Of a stretch of 64,000 bases of DNA, positions 28,835 through 40,826 are shown piece by piece. A program made the translations under genes and the position numbers. Source of the stretch: Balanoglossus misakiensis (Eukaryota; Animalia; Hemichordata); the NCBI GenBank assembly GCA_040954595.2, contig CM082577.2:2108001-2172000 (forward strand), in the 5' to 3' direction. The notes beneath the pieces are model-generated. The model did no database searches, was not told the origin of the DNA, and saw only the letters and a list, made by a program, of their open reading frames with translations. The number at the start of each line of letters is the position of its first letter. Position 1 is the stretch's first letter.

Positions 28835-30240
28835 GTGAGTGGGTGGCTTAGAAACCGCGCGAGTGTTCTTTAATGCTTTGCATCAATACTGCTTATTAAT
28901 AGAGCGAGCTATCTCACAATTGCCAATTCAGCGTAATTCCCTCGGGCAATGTGAAGTAATAGAGTAACATTACGTGTCTGACTAACCTCGGGTACGCTGC
29001 TACGTTTGAAATACTCTATCCTTGTAAAATATTGTTTTCGCTGTCAGCTGATATTCGGCGAAAAATGCTTAACGACGCCACCGCGAGCGACGTTGTTGCT
29101 AATCAAGCGAGCGAGGCCGCTGAACTCGGTTTATTTATTGTTTCAGATTAATATTTTCACTTGTTTATCACGCATTTATGAGTGCACGGTCACTCTGATA
29201 TTCCCGCCATCAATCATCAACGTGTTTTAATCGGGACACAGTCACCAAGTTATTAAATCGAACTTAATGGTGAGATGGGATTTGCGCGAAGCAGAGAACG
29301 GGTGTGTATAACTCGGCGAGAGGTGTATCTTGTGAAAGCAAAACACGCTTCCAAGATCCATGTTATTTGTAATGCTGTTCCTTTGGGATTTCACAAAGAT
29401 TGAATGTTTTATCTTCCGCGTTTATAGCTATGATTGCGCTGGGTGCAACACTTTAGATGAGTTGTTTAATATTTTATTTAGAAGGTCGCCTCCTGACCCC
29501 GCCTAAGTTCCGTGTGATTGCGTGGAAAGGTCGTAAAAGATGATCATGTTGACAATTATAAAGAGCTGTGACGGTCGTTTGTCGCGTTGATCCGTGAAAA
29601 AGTAATCACGAACGCATTGTTGTCCTTTGAAGTGTTAATTAACGTCCTAGCTCTGACAAAGAGATGATAAATGTGTCCTTGAAATTGTGTTTTAACACGA
29701 AGCAGGTGACACTTGGTCCTATAGCAACATCCAGCATTCGTAAAACCAGCCAGAAGTCGGTTGCCTTGGATCGGATCACAAAATAAAACGTGTATTCGTG
29801 TCACAGTGCATTGGCGCATTGTCAATGAACCGTCTTTTCTAAAAGTGGTTATGGCTATGCATCATGTAGGCAGAATCGAAGCCTATATCCTGTCTATGTA
29901 TGGAGTCTCTGAATAGACATATAATGGTTTACTCGAAGGCTGTAGTCGTATGTTCAACCTGGCGACAGTTTTGATACTGAATGTTAGTGTCATTGCATGA
30001 ATGCGCCCTCCCCGGACGCCCTTCCTATAATCATGAGAGCAAGCAACAGTATATTAGTTGTAACTCATGGACTAATGGAGGCGCTGTTTCTGTGACAGTG
30101 ACAGAAGCGATTTCAGGTTAATCACATTCAATAGTAGTAGTAATACGTTTATACTTTGTAATAGTATTTATTCTTCAATGTACATTGTACTGAGCTAATA
30201 GAGGACCCAAAACATACACGGAAATTGTTTCTATGGAACG

Positions 30241-30246
30241 TTTATT
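30241..30246 (-). terminator. Candidate poly(A) signal of the VWD gene (a second AATAAA at ~30167-30172)
   Basis: AATAAA on the minus strand ~240 nt after the predicted stop codon. Confidence 0.5.
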
Positions 30247-30486
30247 GATTTCGTGATGACCTGCTAGTATCGCGACAGATGAGTTTGATGTATACAGCTA
30301 ATGCAACCAAAATCTGCCCATCTAAAAATCTGTTTTACAAGTAAAGAGATCCGTTACTTCCTACACCACCATGTCCTGAAGTTTAATCCGATTTGATAAT
30401 CACTTGAAGGTTTTAATCCTTGTTTCGTACCGGAGCAGTTCTGTTCTCCTGAAATATCGAGTCTTGGCGCAAGTGTGCCAGGTGTA

Positions 30487-30530
30487 TCAGCAGCTGAAAT
30501 CGAAAAGTGAAAAGAAAATACAGATATGAT

Positions 30531-30624
<94 letters not shown>

Positions 30625-33600
30625 ATAAATATTGTGCTTCATCCTCCACACTGACAAACTTTGGAAGTGGGACTAACCTGCCCTGGACCACCCAGCTCTC
30701 TACAAACTCGTGAAGGGTGAGGGGATTGCCATCCTTGTCGAAGAAATCGTCATTCTCCAGCCCGTCAGCGTCGCCAAGGAGACCACACACGTTTCCGGAC
30801 AACGCGGAGATGATCTTCACCTCGACCGTGCGGTCACCGTCCCAGTTGATGACAATGTCTGGATGTATGGACACCAACAAGTTGCCTTCGGATTTCACGA
30901 TGTTCACAACTTGCCCTGCGGTAGTGGTTATTGCCAACGGCAGTGCAGCCAGAGAAACTATACCATTATCTACCTATGTTCAGAGAAAGACAGCGCGAGA
31001 GTATGAAAATCGAGTCAGGATTATTCACTTGATAGTTCACATGTACAATTTTCATCGCGTAATACAGGAAGCCATACTCACAAGCAAACGCAAATCTCGG
31101 TGCAGCTCAATTGAGACATCGCCGACCTGAACCAGAACGGCGGCAATCCTCGAGACATGGTGACCATGGTTGTGCCCGGCGACATTTTTCACGTACACGA
31201 TGAACGACGGGTTGTCATTCAGGCAATCCATGACCAACGTGTAAGTGCAGTTGCCTTGGAAACTGAACTTGGCGTTGTCGAAAGTCACGAAGTGCGGGTC
31301 TCCCTCGCCGCTACCCTCTGAACGTAGAGAGGGGTGACATGTTAGTAATCAGCACTAGAGGCGTTTTAGTCGCAGAAAATGGTGCCAAGTGGAAAATTTG
31401 ATTTGCTGCGATCAAACAAAATGTTCTCTTACCATGTGTGGGTCCCTCCGTGGGCAAACCAGTTGCGCCTTCGGGTGCTGTGGAAATGGAAAGCGAAGAA
31501 GGCAACAACGAAAATAATTTAATGCAACAAAAAGAGTCATGGTTATTTTCAAGGTATCTGGTTCTTACATGTCGTCTTTAAAATGTCTTATTTTTGTAGG
31601 AATTTCGGTCTTCTGTTGGAACTGTACAATATAGGTGCGTGCGTCAGGAAAGCACGTGGTCAGGCTCAGCTACGCTTAATTCGCGGCCTCTAAATAAATT
31701 GTCGATGACAGCGGAGTCAGGGAGTGAACTCCTGGTATTGAACGGACCACGCCGCCACCGGCGATAAAGAAGATCGAAAAGAAGACTCGTTTCGCTCATA
31801 CCTGCACAGCATACCCTGTCGCCCAACGAAGCTGGCGAACATTGACAGCCATCGGAGGCCAAGTATTCGGGGTTCTCGCAGTCTGAGTAGCGGCAGGCTC
31901 CATCACATTCATCGGAACAGACCTGTACATCCGGGTCATCTGTAAAGCATTTAATTTCAATGCCAGTTTACAAAGTGTGCGAATCAAATGAAATTATTTC
32001 AACACGTCGAGTCGTTTATGTCAAGAAGCTCTCCAAATTTTCAGTTTAATATTGGCCGGCCATCTTTCACGATCCCTCTTGTCGTGCCTTACATCCTGGC
32101 AGTTTTGTTAATTTGTAGTTCAACTGGGACTAGAACCATGCCTAAGTGTTTGCCTGACTGGGCTACCAAGCAACACGAAGAAATCAAAGTTATTTGACAT
32201 ACCAACGCAGCAGGTGTGGGCTTGTCCACCGATGGTGGCGCAATAGCAGACGCCCTCAGCTTGTTTCTCCCCCAACAAACATTCAGGTCGGCATTCACCG
32301 CCGCAGTCCGCCGTGCATTCCGGAACCACTGGGTTACCTTGACAACGGGGAAAACAACAAAAAATCAAAGAGAGTCCACGGCTGCCACTTTCATGTACAT
32401 TAACCCTAACCATCGTCAACACTGACTCTCAGTATGAACGTAAAATTACTTAACGTGAGGTAGGACAATATCTGTTCGAAGAGTACGATGACTTCTTCAA
32501 TCCTCTTTTTAGTTAAAACCCTACCCCACTCCAATTCGAATATAAATTCGCCTTTGCTTACGTATGCAGCAGTTTCGTCCCAAACCACAGGTGCACCCTG
32601 AGGGCGCTACCATCTCACCCTGTTCACAACTCTCACGACACTGTCCAGAACAGTTGCCGCATGGCCAGGAGCTCGGGTCATCTGCGGGTGGAAAGACGTA
32701 ACGATAATCAAGCGAAAATAACAACTTTAGATCTAATATTTCTCCCGAGACACAGTTATAAAATGTTTACTTTTGGCAATTGACACTAAAAGTTTATATT
32801 CCATGTGAAGGTGCCGAAGTTCTAGCTGTTGGAAGGGGAGACAGAAACCGCGAGAATTACACAAGGAGCATTTTCAACTCCTCCTGACTGCCACAGATTT
32901 TTATTCACTTAGTCTCAGGTGATTTTACCTTGTACTGACGGTAAAGTGTTAATTCTCGGGGTGTAGTGGGGAGGAGTGAGGAGGGTTTACTTACCGATAC
33001 AGCACACGGAATCTCCCCCGCATTTACAGCCAGAGGGCGCTACCATTTCCAGGGCCGAGCAGTACTGGTAACGACAGATGCCGCCACACCCCGCGCCACA
33101 ATCCTCAGCTGTGGGGTCATCTGTAAAAGACGGGGGAATGATCAGCCGATGAAAAATCGAACCAATCAATCAATCAATTAGACACGGTAACAACCAACTT
33201 ACAACCAAACCAACCATTCAATGGTCCCATCCATCCGTCCATCAATTTATCGCTCGATCAGTCGACTATTCTTCCGTTCCTTCCTTCCTTCCATCCTTCA
33301 TTCATTCATTCCTCCGTCATTCGTTCGTTCATTCATCATCTCCAAAAGCACAAAAACCCGTTTACGTCGGTGTTAACGATAAGGTGGACCCAGAACGAAT
33401 CGCACTTATTGACTTACTAATGCAACAGTCCTCGGCACTTCCAGCACATCGACAGTGTCCCGGTGCTATCATCTCTGTTGCCCCGCAGTCATCGCGACAT
33501 GCTCCGTCACAGACACCGCAAGTATCTAATGAATAAATAGTTTTTCGAATACTTACTTAAGATGCTGTTCACACAAGCGCAACAATTTTGTACTTTAAAA

Positions 33601-34056
33601 TATTTACTGCAATGCTTGTTGGTACATGTACCCACGCTGTCACAAAAACGCAGAAACACAAATACAGCCTCGGACAGGCGGACAGACAAGACAAGACAAG
33701 ACAAGACAGACAGACAGACAGACAGACAGATGCCGTGACTTACCCGACTGTCGACCATACAAGTGTTTCATTGCTTTACCAGTCTTCTGCAGAACAAACT
33801 GGAAAGACCAATGGTATTGTGAATTTGGCATGATGCCATGTATGTTTGAATCCCCGCGTTTTTCGTCTTATAATAACATTCTTATAGTTTGTTCAACAAT
33901 GTAACGCTCGTCGAGGCTTCATCACTACCTCCGACCAGGTTTGCTACTCATTTTTTTTCATGTGGCACATACCTCATTTTCCGGCTTCCCGCCAAAAGCG
34001 ACGTGAACGCCGCACCAAAGCAGACAAACAATCAGCGATACTTTGAACCAAGTCAT
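30487..34056 (-). CDS. Secreted protein with five 8-Cys defensin-like modules and a C-terminal von Willebrand factor type D (VWD) domain, ~445 aa, 11 exons
   Basis: Exons (minus): 34056-33973 (signal peptide MTWFKVSLIVCLLWCGVHVAFG), 33786-33744, 33525-33418, 33120-32995, 32681-32562, 32337-32203, 31939-31802, 31477-31433, 31317-31082, 30973-30678, 30493-30487. All introns GT-AG with compatible phases; total 1338 nt, no internal stop. VWD hallmarks GDPHFVTFD..FSFQGNCTYTLV, INWDG and VCGLLGDADG. Confidence 0.88.
30532..30624. repeat. (TCA)n microsatellite, ~31 units, in the last intron of the VWD gene
   Basis: Read directly; lies between splice sites at 30677 and 30494. Confidence 0.97.
33681..33730. 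repeat. (GACAA)n/(GACA)n microsatellite in intron 2 of the VWD gene
   Basis: Read directly. Confidence 0.9.
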
Positions 34057-36955
34057 TCCTCTCGTGTTTCTAGACAACCGTCCACAAGTGCAGGCAAGTA
34101 ACCTGTTGAAACAAAATGCGGTCGGTGAAATTTTGTGTGGCAAGCTTCATATTTGTAAGTCGTAGAGTCGGAACCTCTGATGTATGTCGCCTATTACGTG
34201 GCAGAACAGCTGGTATGGCATGTGCGACGCAGTCGAATTGTGAAATATTACATAATTTGCTCATGATGAAACATGGGATGTAGTTTCTATGGAAAACATA
34301 AGTGTGATATAAAATGCAGTGTCACATTAACAAATGAAAACTCGACGACAAAGCGGAGTTTTATTCGGCGTTTTGGTCAAGTGTTACACGGCAGGGTCCT
34401 CGCTTTTCCCAGTGGTTGGATAGATCTCACAACAGAAATATATTGGAAGGGTGAAAAGTGGACAGAAAATCTATTCACACGCTTACCTTGGGATGATCAA
34501 AGTCAACAACAAGCGGTAAAGCCCAGATGCAAAAAATGTCTCTCTTCTGTTCGTTTGGCGGACAACTGAAACCAGCACTCCTGGAAAAGTCGTGTCAGAA
34601 ACTAAAGTGGATAAAAACCGAAATGTTACGCCAATTTGAAGTCTCCTGGTGACATAACTTACGGTGTCTTGCGACAATTGACAGGCCAACCTGTTCAATG
34701 ATCTATGTGTGTCTGTACAGGTACGCGGGTATGTACGCGTGATTGACCATTTCGATACAGCAAAAAAGAGGCCTGCGTGAAATTACGCAAACATTTACCT
34801 CGATAACAAATCATTGCCTTTTCTATTTCTGTCGGGTCGAATTCCTGTTTTGCATTGATATGACGGTTTTTATCCTTTACTTTTGGGGAGAATGGAGGTC
34901 TGTGGTATACATCCATGAGGGCGGGGGTGCAGAAAGAAGAGGGTGGGGCGGGGCGGGTCTGCACAGCTGTACTGGGTGTGATGGAGGGGGTTATGACAGA
35001 TGGGTAGGGAAACGGCTCCAAATTCGATGGCACTGTCGTCGGAGGGGGGGGGGGCATATTTGAAAGTATTATCCCCGTACCAAGTTAATCTGTTTGTCTT
35101 TATTTCCGGAGATTAAAAGCATAAATGTCATCCGGTCCATGCAGACAGTTATGTAAACTGGGCTCGTGCATATTTGGTTCTTCAGACGGCTGACGTCATT
35201 GTATACACAAACATAAATTATATCCTTAAACTTTTTTCCACGAAATAATTCGTTTTCTTGACAGATTTTTTGTGTCACCACCAGGTGTTCCCCAGTTCTG
35301 ATTTGACGGGAATTAATTCCCTCTCAGCAGAAGAATTTCCACGTAGGCAACTTTAACTGTATAGTGCAATGTATACATATAGTGTACACGCGACGAAACG
35401 TATCGCATCGATTTATCCTTCCTCAGAGCGAAATCTCTCACGTTGGCAACTGTACTGATCGACAGCCTGGCGCCGAAAAAATAATTACACACCGAAAATG
35501 ACCGGTGGATTTTTGAGAACAATTGCACAATTTATGTGTATTACTTTTCCCCCATTTCATAAAATGTTTATATTAGCTATTAAAGCAATCTGCTCCGTTT
35601 TCATGCACAGCAAATTGTGTAACCAGGCACTGGATCGGAATTTTGGTTTTCGATAAACTCTTTTTTTTCTCTCTAATTGATTTCTAGTCACAAAAATGCG
35701 GTTCTTATTTTACGGAAAAGTCACAATTTTTCGAAGAATGGTTCGAAAACAAAATCAGTTTCATTTCGATTTGTGATTAAGTTTTATCAAGTATTCAATG
35801 GTGCACCTGCACAACATCACGAAGTTTAAAAACTTGCCATTTTCCGGAGGCCTTGTATGTAGAACTACATCGTGGCGCACTAACACTAAAATACCTCTGC
35901 TGAATGCAAAACACATCACCTGTGCACGTGCATGCTTGCTTGCGAGATAAACTGCTTTCACTTATATCCCGTCTCACCACAATCATCGGTGACTCACTCC
36001 AATGTTTACAACAGTCAATAATACGCTTACACTCATTTTTTAAATAAACACCATCATTTATTAGATGTTCATACAAAACTGAAGATATAAATAATGCTCA
36101 GCAGACTTAAATGTTAGTGTGTGTTGATAGAGTTAAGAGTGTTATTTATGATATTTGGAAATATAAAAAAGTCTGACAGAGTCTTCTTTATATACAGAAA
36201 ACATGATGAACTGTAACAGTAGACAATGTGGAGCAAATAAATATGCTTTTTTTGTCAATTGCTTGCGGGTACACTACGACTCAGTCTAAATGTGTCTTAC
36301 AGTATCTCAAAAAACGATGTAATAAATAAACTCTCTTGAAACATTGCAAGGATTACCATTGCGTATAAAAATATGTCGAATATGAGAAGCTGAATCTCTA
36401 AAGTCCTCACAGGTGTGCGTTATTGTTACCATAGTAGCTTATTTATGAGAAGTGACATATTGGCACCACCATGTTCAGTTTGCGTTTATTGTCGTAGAGG
36501 GAGCTCTTCGTCAAATATACCTAAATTTCCAAATATACCTAAATTTCCAACACGCAAGTTATTCCAGTTTGAGTTTTTGAACGGCAAATAAAGTACTCTA
36601 TTGTTCTCGAAACACATTAGATAAGATGCTTTAGGTAACGGATTTCCAACCACAGCTTTCATTATTTTAATGGCATGCATTTGACTCGTATAATAGTAAA
36701 TATGTTAAATATGTCGGAGGCGTCTCCACACCCTCCGAGTGCATTGGCTGACATGTCATTTTTGAAAGCATCAGAACGTACCTGCATTATTATCACCCAC
36801 TGTATTACGCACGGCATTGTTATGCAAATGAACTCCCGGCAAACCTTGCGAGTTTAATATCCCAGTGGTTAATACTAATAGTATCACGGATCCAGTGAGA
36901 GTGGTTGTGTGTGTGTGTAACTAGTGTGTTTCGGCGTAGAATATAAACGGTCAAC

Positions 36956-39900
36956 ATGTCGACGAAGGACTGGCACCCGTACACGAAATATTTAATCGCC
37001 CTCGCGATTCTAGGGACGGCGGCGTTTCTCTTCATCGGAGCCGGATCGGCGACGGACTACTGGATCACGTCGACGTTTCAGAACGCGACGGGGCACACCG
37101 AGGAAAGCCACAGCGGTTTGTGGCGAGTTTGTCGACGACAAGGACAAGAGTCAGGTATTAATAACATTGGCCTCCATGATGTTAACTGTTGCTTTTCTAT
37201 CCATTAGACCCACATAACTTAGACTAAACAGAATTCCCACCGCAGTTTACACCGTTCCAGGCGGAACTCTGATAATTGGGTCAGAACACTCACTTTTTAA
37301 CCTATCCAAACAAAACACATAAAAGAACACACCTCCCGACGTACATGAAGCGCCCTGACCCAACCTTCACTACAAATCCCACTTTCGGGTCATTTGTCCC
37401 AACATTAAATGATTACCAACATTTTAATTTAACATAAATAATTACTTGCGTTTTGATTATTACATTTAGTCAAAAGTGTCAGTGATAACATTCTAACGCG
37501 TGGCAGCAGATGCGTTAGATACTGTTGTCAAAGGGCGAGCGATTAGCGGTTGCAAATATCTTCTGGTCATATTCCCGGTATAATAATCTCGTTCAATCGT
37601 CGACATATGATCAGCTTTTGGGAGATTGGGTTTCACGTGTGATTTTTTTCTCTCTAAATACCTGAGGAGATTTTCTCTTGCATTGGTTGCCTGAGAAGTA
37701 CCATGTACACGTGACGTCATCAGGAGCTTGATTAACACCTTGATCGCACCTTGGTCAAGGTGAAAACCGAAAACTGGGGAGGGCGGACTCAGGGGAGGGG
37801 GGTCACGACACAAACATTGTGTTAGGCCACCGAACTTTTTAGATCGGCTGACAATGCAGTCTACGCTTTTCTTTTCTTCTTTGGTTGTTTTATTTTCCGC
37901 GGTCTCAACTCGCTGATAAAATACATAAGGTCAGCGGAACAACCTCTTTGTACGTCGACGAGAGGTACAGCGCGTTTATGAATGTGCGTGACCTCGGCGC
38001 TCGTACACAAAAGTGTGGGCTTTACGTGTTCTGTGGCTCCAAGGAGACCATGTAGCCGTTTCTTAAAGGTGGAACTTCGCTGTGAGTTCCTGTCGGCAAC
38101 TCGCACAGAAAGTTGATTTTGGTAGTAACAGTTTCACGCCTATCAGTCTTCCCACCGATTATTTCTGAAAATTGCCATTACACCTAGACTACCCAGACTG
38201 TCGTTGTAAAGTTTCAGAACAGACAGGTGACCGTATAGTAATGCCCAGAAACCAATTACGCGCAAGCAGCATTCGCATGCACATTCACTTACTTTGCAAT
38301 CACGAGCAAATGTTATCACGACCTTGGGTTTGCCTGTAAATTGCTTCGGCATCGCAACTACAGTTCAACATTCTGGGGGAAATGACAGGGGCCATCCCCA
38401 TCTGCAGCTCAACAGCGTTGGTAAATGACAGTGTTAATTACGGCGCACAACTCATTACCGGGTTCTTTCTTTCAGCGTTCCAGTGTGTGAATATCGATTT
38501 TACTGACGTGCCGGAGAAAGACACTCCTGGTTATGACTACTGGCTCACAATGTACGGTAAGTCGTCGTTACGTGTTAATATGTCACCCGTGTGTAAATTG
38601 ACGTAAATTCTGAACTCTTTGGTCGGTTCTAGTTTGTGCACGACCCCTCCACCACGTCTTACAATATGGACTTAAGTTTTCATTAAGTGCGTCAATTAAG
38701 ATTCTAGTATATATTGATTACTTGGATGGGAAAACGTGACTATGTGACTATACATTAGCACGCCGTGGATGCAATAAATTTTCAGTATTTAATTTTTTTA
38801 TTTCGCTTGGTTTTACGGCACTTTCTCCGTGTAAATATCAGAATTAAAGACGAAACCCCTTCTTGAACATGTTGAATGTTTACGTTGTGATGGGATTTCG
38901 AACAATTTTACGATCAAAAGGCGTCCACCCTACTTTACCGGTGAAGGCGAATGTGTCTGCTTTGTGTGTTTATTTAGGGCATGACAACGCTGAAAGGTTT
39001 CCCCGCGCGGAATAATACCGATGCATATAATAGCTTTCTTGATTCGGTTGATGTATGGACTCAAATTCAATTTGCTATAACCAAATTAGCGACCTGCTTT
39101 TCACAATGACTTCTGATTATCAGTGAAATGACCCCATACAGCAACACCACGTACAATGCCACACACGCATAGGGTTTTCACCGACAGGCAAAATGTTGTA
39201 GACGAAGAAATGACATCGACGTGCGGTGCGAGGAACGATCTTCAGTGAACGTTATCGGGGCTCCATTTCTCGTTGGTTGCAAACTCACGTTTTACGTATA
39301 CGTTACTGTCAGTTCAGTTGTAAGAGCGCTGCAGTGCTCTGTGTTTGCCAAACGTTGATCATTATTCCGTACACGTCGCCGGGAAGTTGCGCTTGAAGTG
39401 ACGGAAAACGTATCATTAGTATTTGCTCTCGATCCGGATAATTCAAAGAAAACACCCTTTATTAGTTGAAATGTCGAGTGCCTGTTCCACTCGGCGTTAA
39501 AATCGATCAAATTGCCAACTTCGTGAAAACAGGCTGTCAAAATAAGCACTGTGTTAAAATGTTTTGATGAAGAACCCATGACGCATGAAAAAGGTTCCAA
39601 GCTGTTTTGCTCTTTTTTTGTTTGTCTACGAATTGACATTCAGCTTTTATTTCCACTTCGAGTTTCTCTAAGCTCATATAATTTAACGACTTTTTGTGAG
39701 ACGGAGTCAGTGACGAATGTAACCACCTGTTGATTAGATAAAAGCACGCAAATATCCATTCTCCACAAAATACCACTAGGGGATAGGCTATAACAGGGGG
39801 GAAATGCCAGAAGTTTGTGCCAAAACAGTACAACATTGCTGCATGGTGCACGTGCGATTTCTGTAAAATCGGTCGCTGTAGAACGCTGTAGAACACGCAA

Positions 39901-40826
39901 GTGCTGTGCGCTATAATATCAAGGACCTATGCAGCTAATCGTAATTGCCCATGCATAGAAAAATGAAAGATTGTGTCATTAAACGGTCTTAATTTCCCCC
40001 AGGGGGCCATATAATTATATTCACCCACTAATCGTCTACTGCCTCAAACGAGTCAGCTTTTTAAAAAGTGTTTTAATATCACGTGACTTTTGTTCCTTTT
40101 AAACAGCATTGAGGACGACTTCGCTGTTGGCAAGCATCTTCGGCCTGTTCCTGGTGTTCTTCGGCGACCTCATTTCTCTGTTTATGCTCAGGATCCGCCG
40201 GAAGTCGTGGTTCGTTGCGGCTGGCATTTTCTTCTTATTCGGAGGTATGGATGGTATTAGTCTTTTTCGAGAGTTACCGAGAATTTCTGACATTGATATG
40301 TAATATTCTCGATTCCCATTAAACATCTCGTTTTTGCATTTTTAGCAATATTTGTTGGATGGGGTGGACCGGGTGGGGGTCGGGGTAAACAGATCGAACA
40401 GAAAAATAAGACTGTAAGAATTAAATCGATGTACTGTAATTAATGGCTTCCAAGTACACAACGGTACATTTTGTAGTAAAGTGTAAATACATGTAAACTT
40501 TACAGAAATGTTTTCATCTGGGAAACCTGCCAATAGGTACATGCGTCCGGGAGGTAAAATGAAACATTATACCGCATGACATGGTTACTGCTAATGCTTA
40601 TTGGTCATATTTTGCAGGATTTCTCATTCTGGGTGGTCTGTGCGTCTACATCACCATGGTGTTACACGAATCGAGCTGGTGGCCGTCTGAGCTTGGGTCG
40701 CCCCCTGAAGTGGTGACAAGATTTAGCTGGTCCTTTGCCTTGCAGTGGGTCGGCCTGACTTTGAGTTTTATTGTGGGAGGCACGTACATTTGGCTGGCGC
40801 GTCTCTACGTCGACGATATGCTGTGA
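36956..40826 (+). CDS. Claudin/PMP22-superfamily tetraspan membrane protein (CACNG/TMEM114/TMEM235-like), ~208 aa, 4 exons
   Basis: Exons 36956-37154, 38476-38556, 40107-40244, 40618-40826; all introns GT-AG phase 1; 627 nt. Motifs ATDYW, HSGLWRVC...C (the W-GLW-C-C signature), AAGIFF and FSWSFALQW, and four hydrophobic segments. Confidence 0.9.

Larger units (their letters stand above)
1..30160. other. Long non-coding interval (no recognisable exons; intergenic or intronic)
   Basis: None of the ORF-track translations resembles a known protein family and no consistent chain of splice-bounded exons could be built. CpG is abundant and TAAT/ATTA motifs are frequent. Small exons or lncRNA exons cannot be excluded. 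Confidence 0.6.

Noticed and set aside
35313-36136. Possible TTAA-flanked element
   Set aside because: The terminal inverted match is too weak to support.
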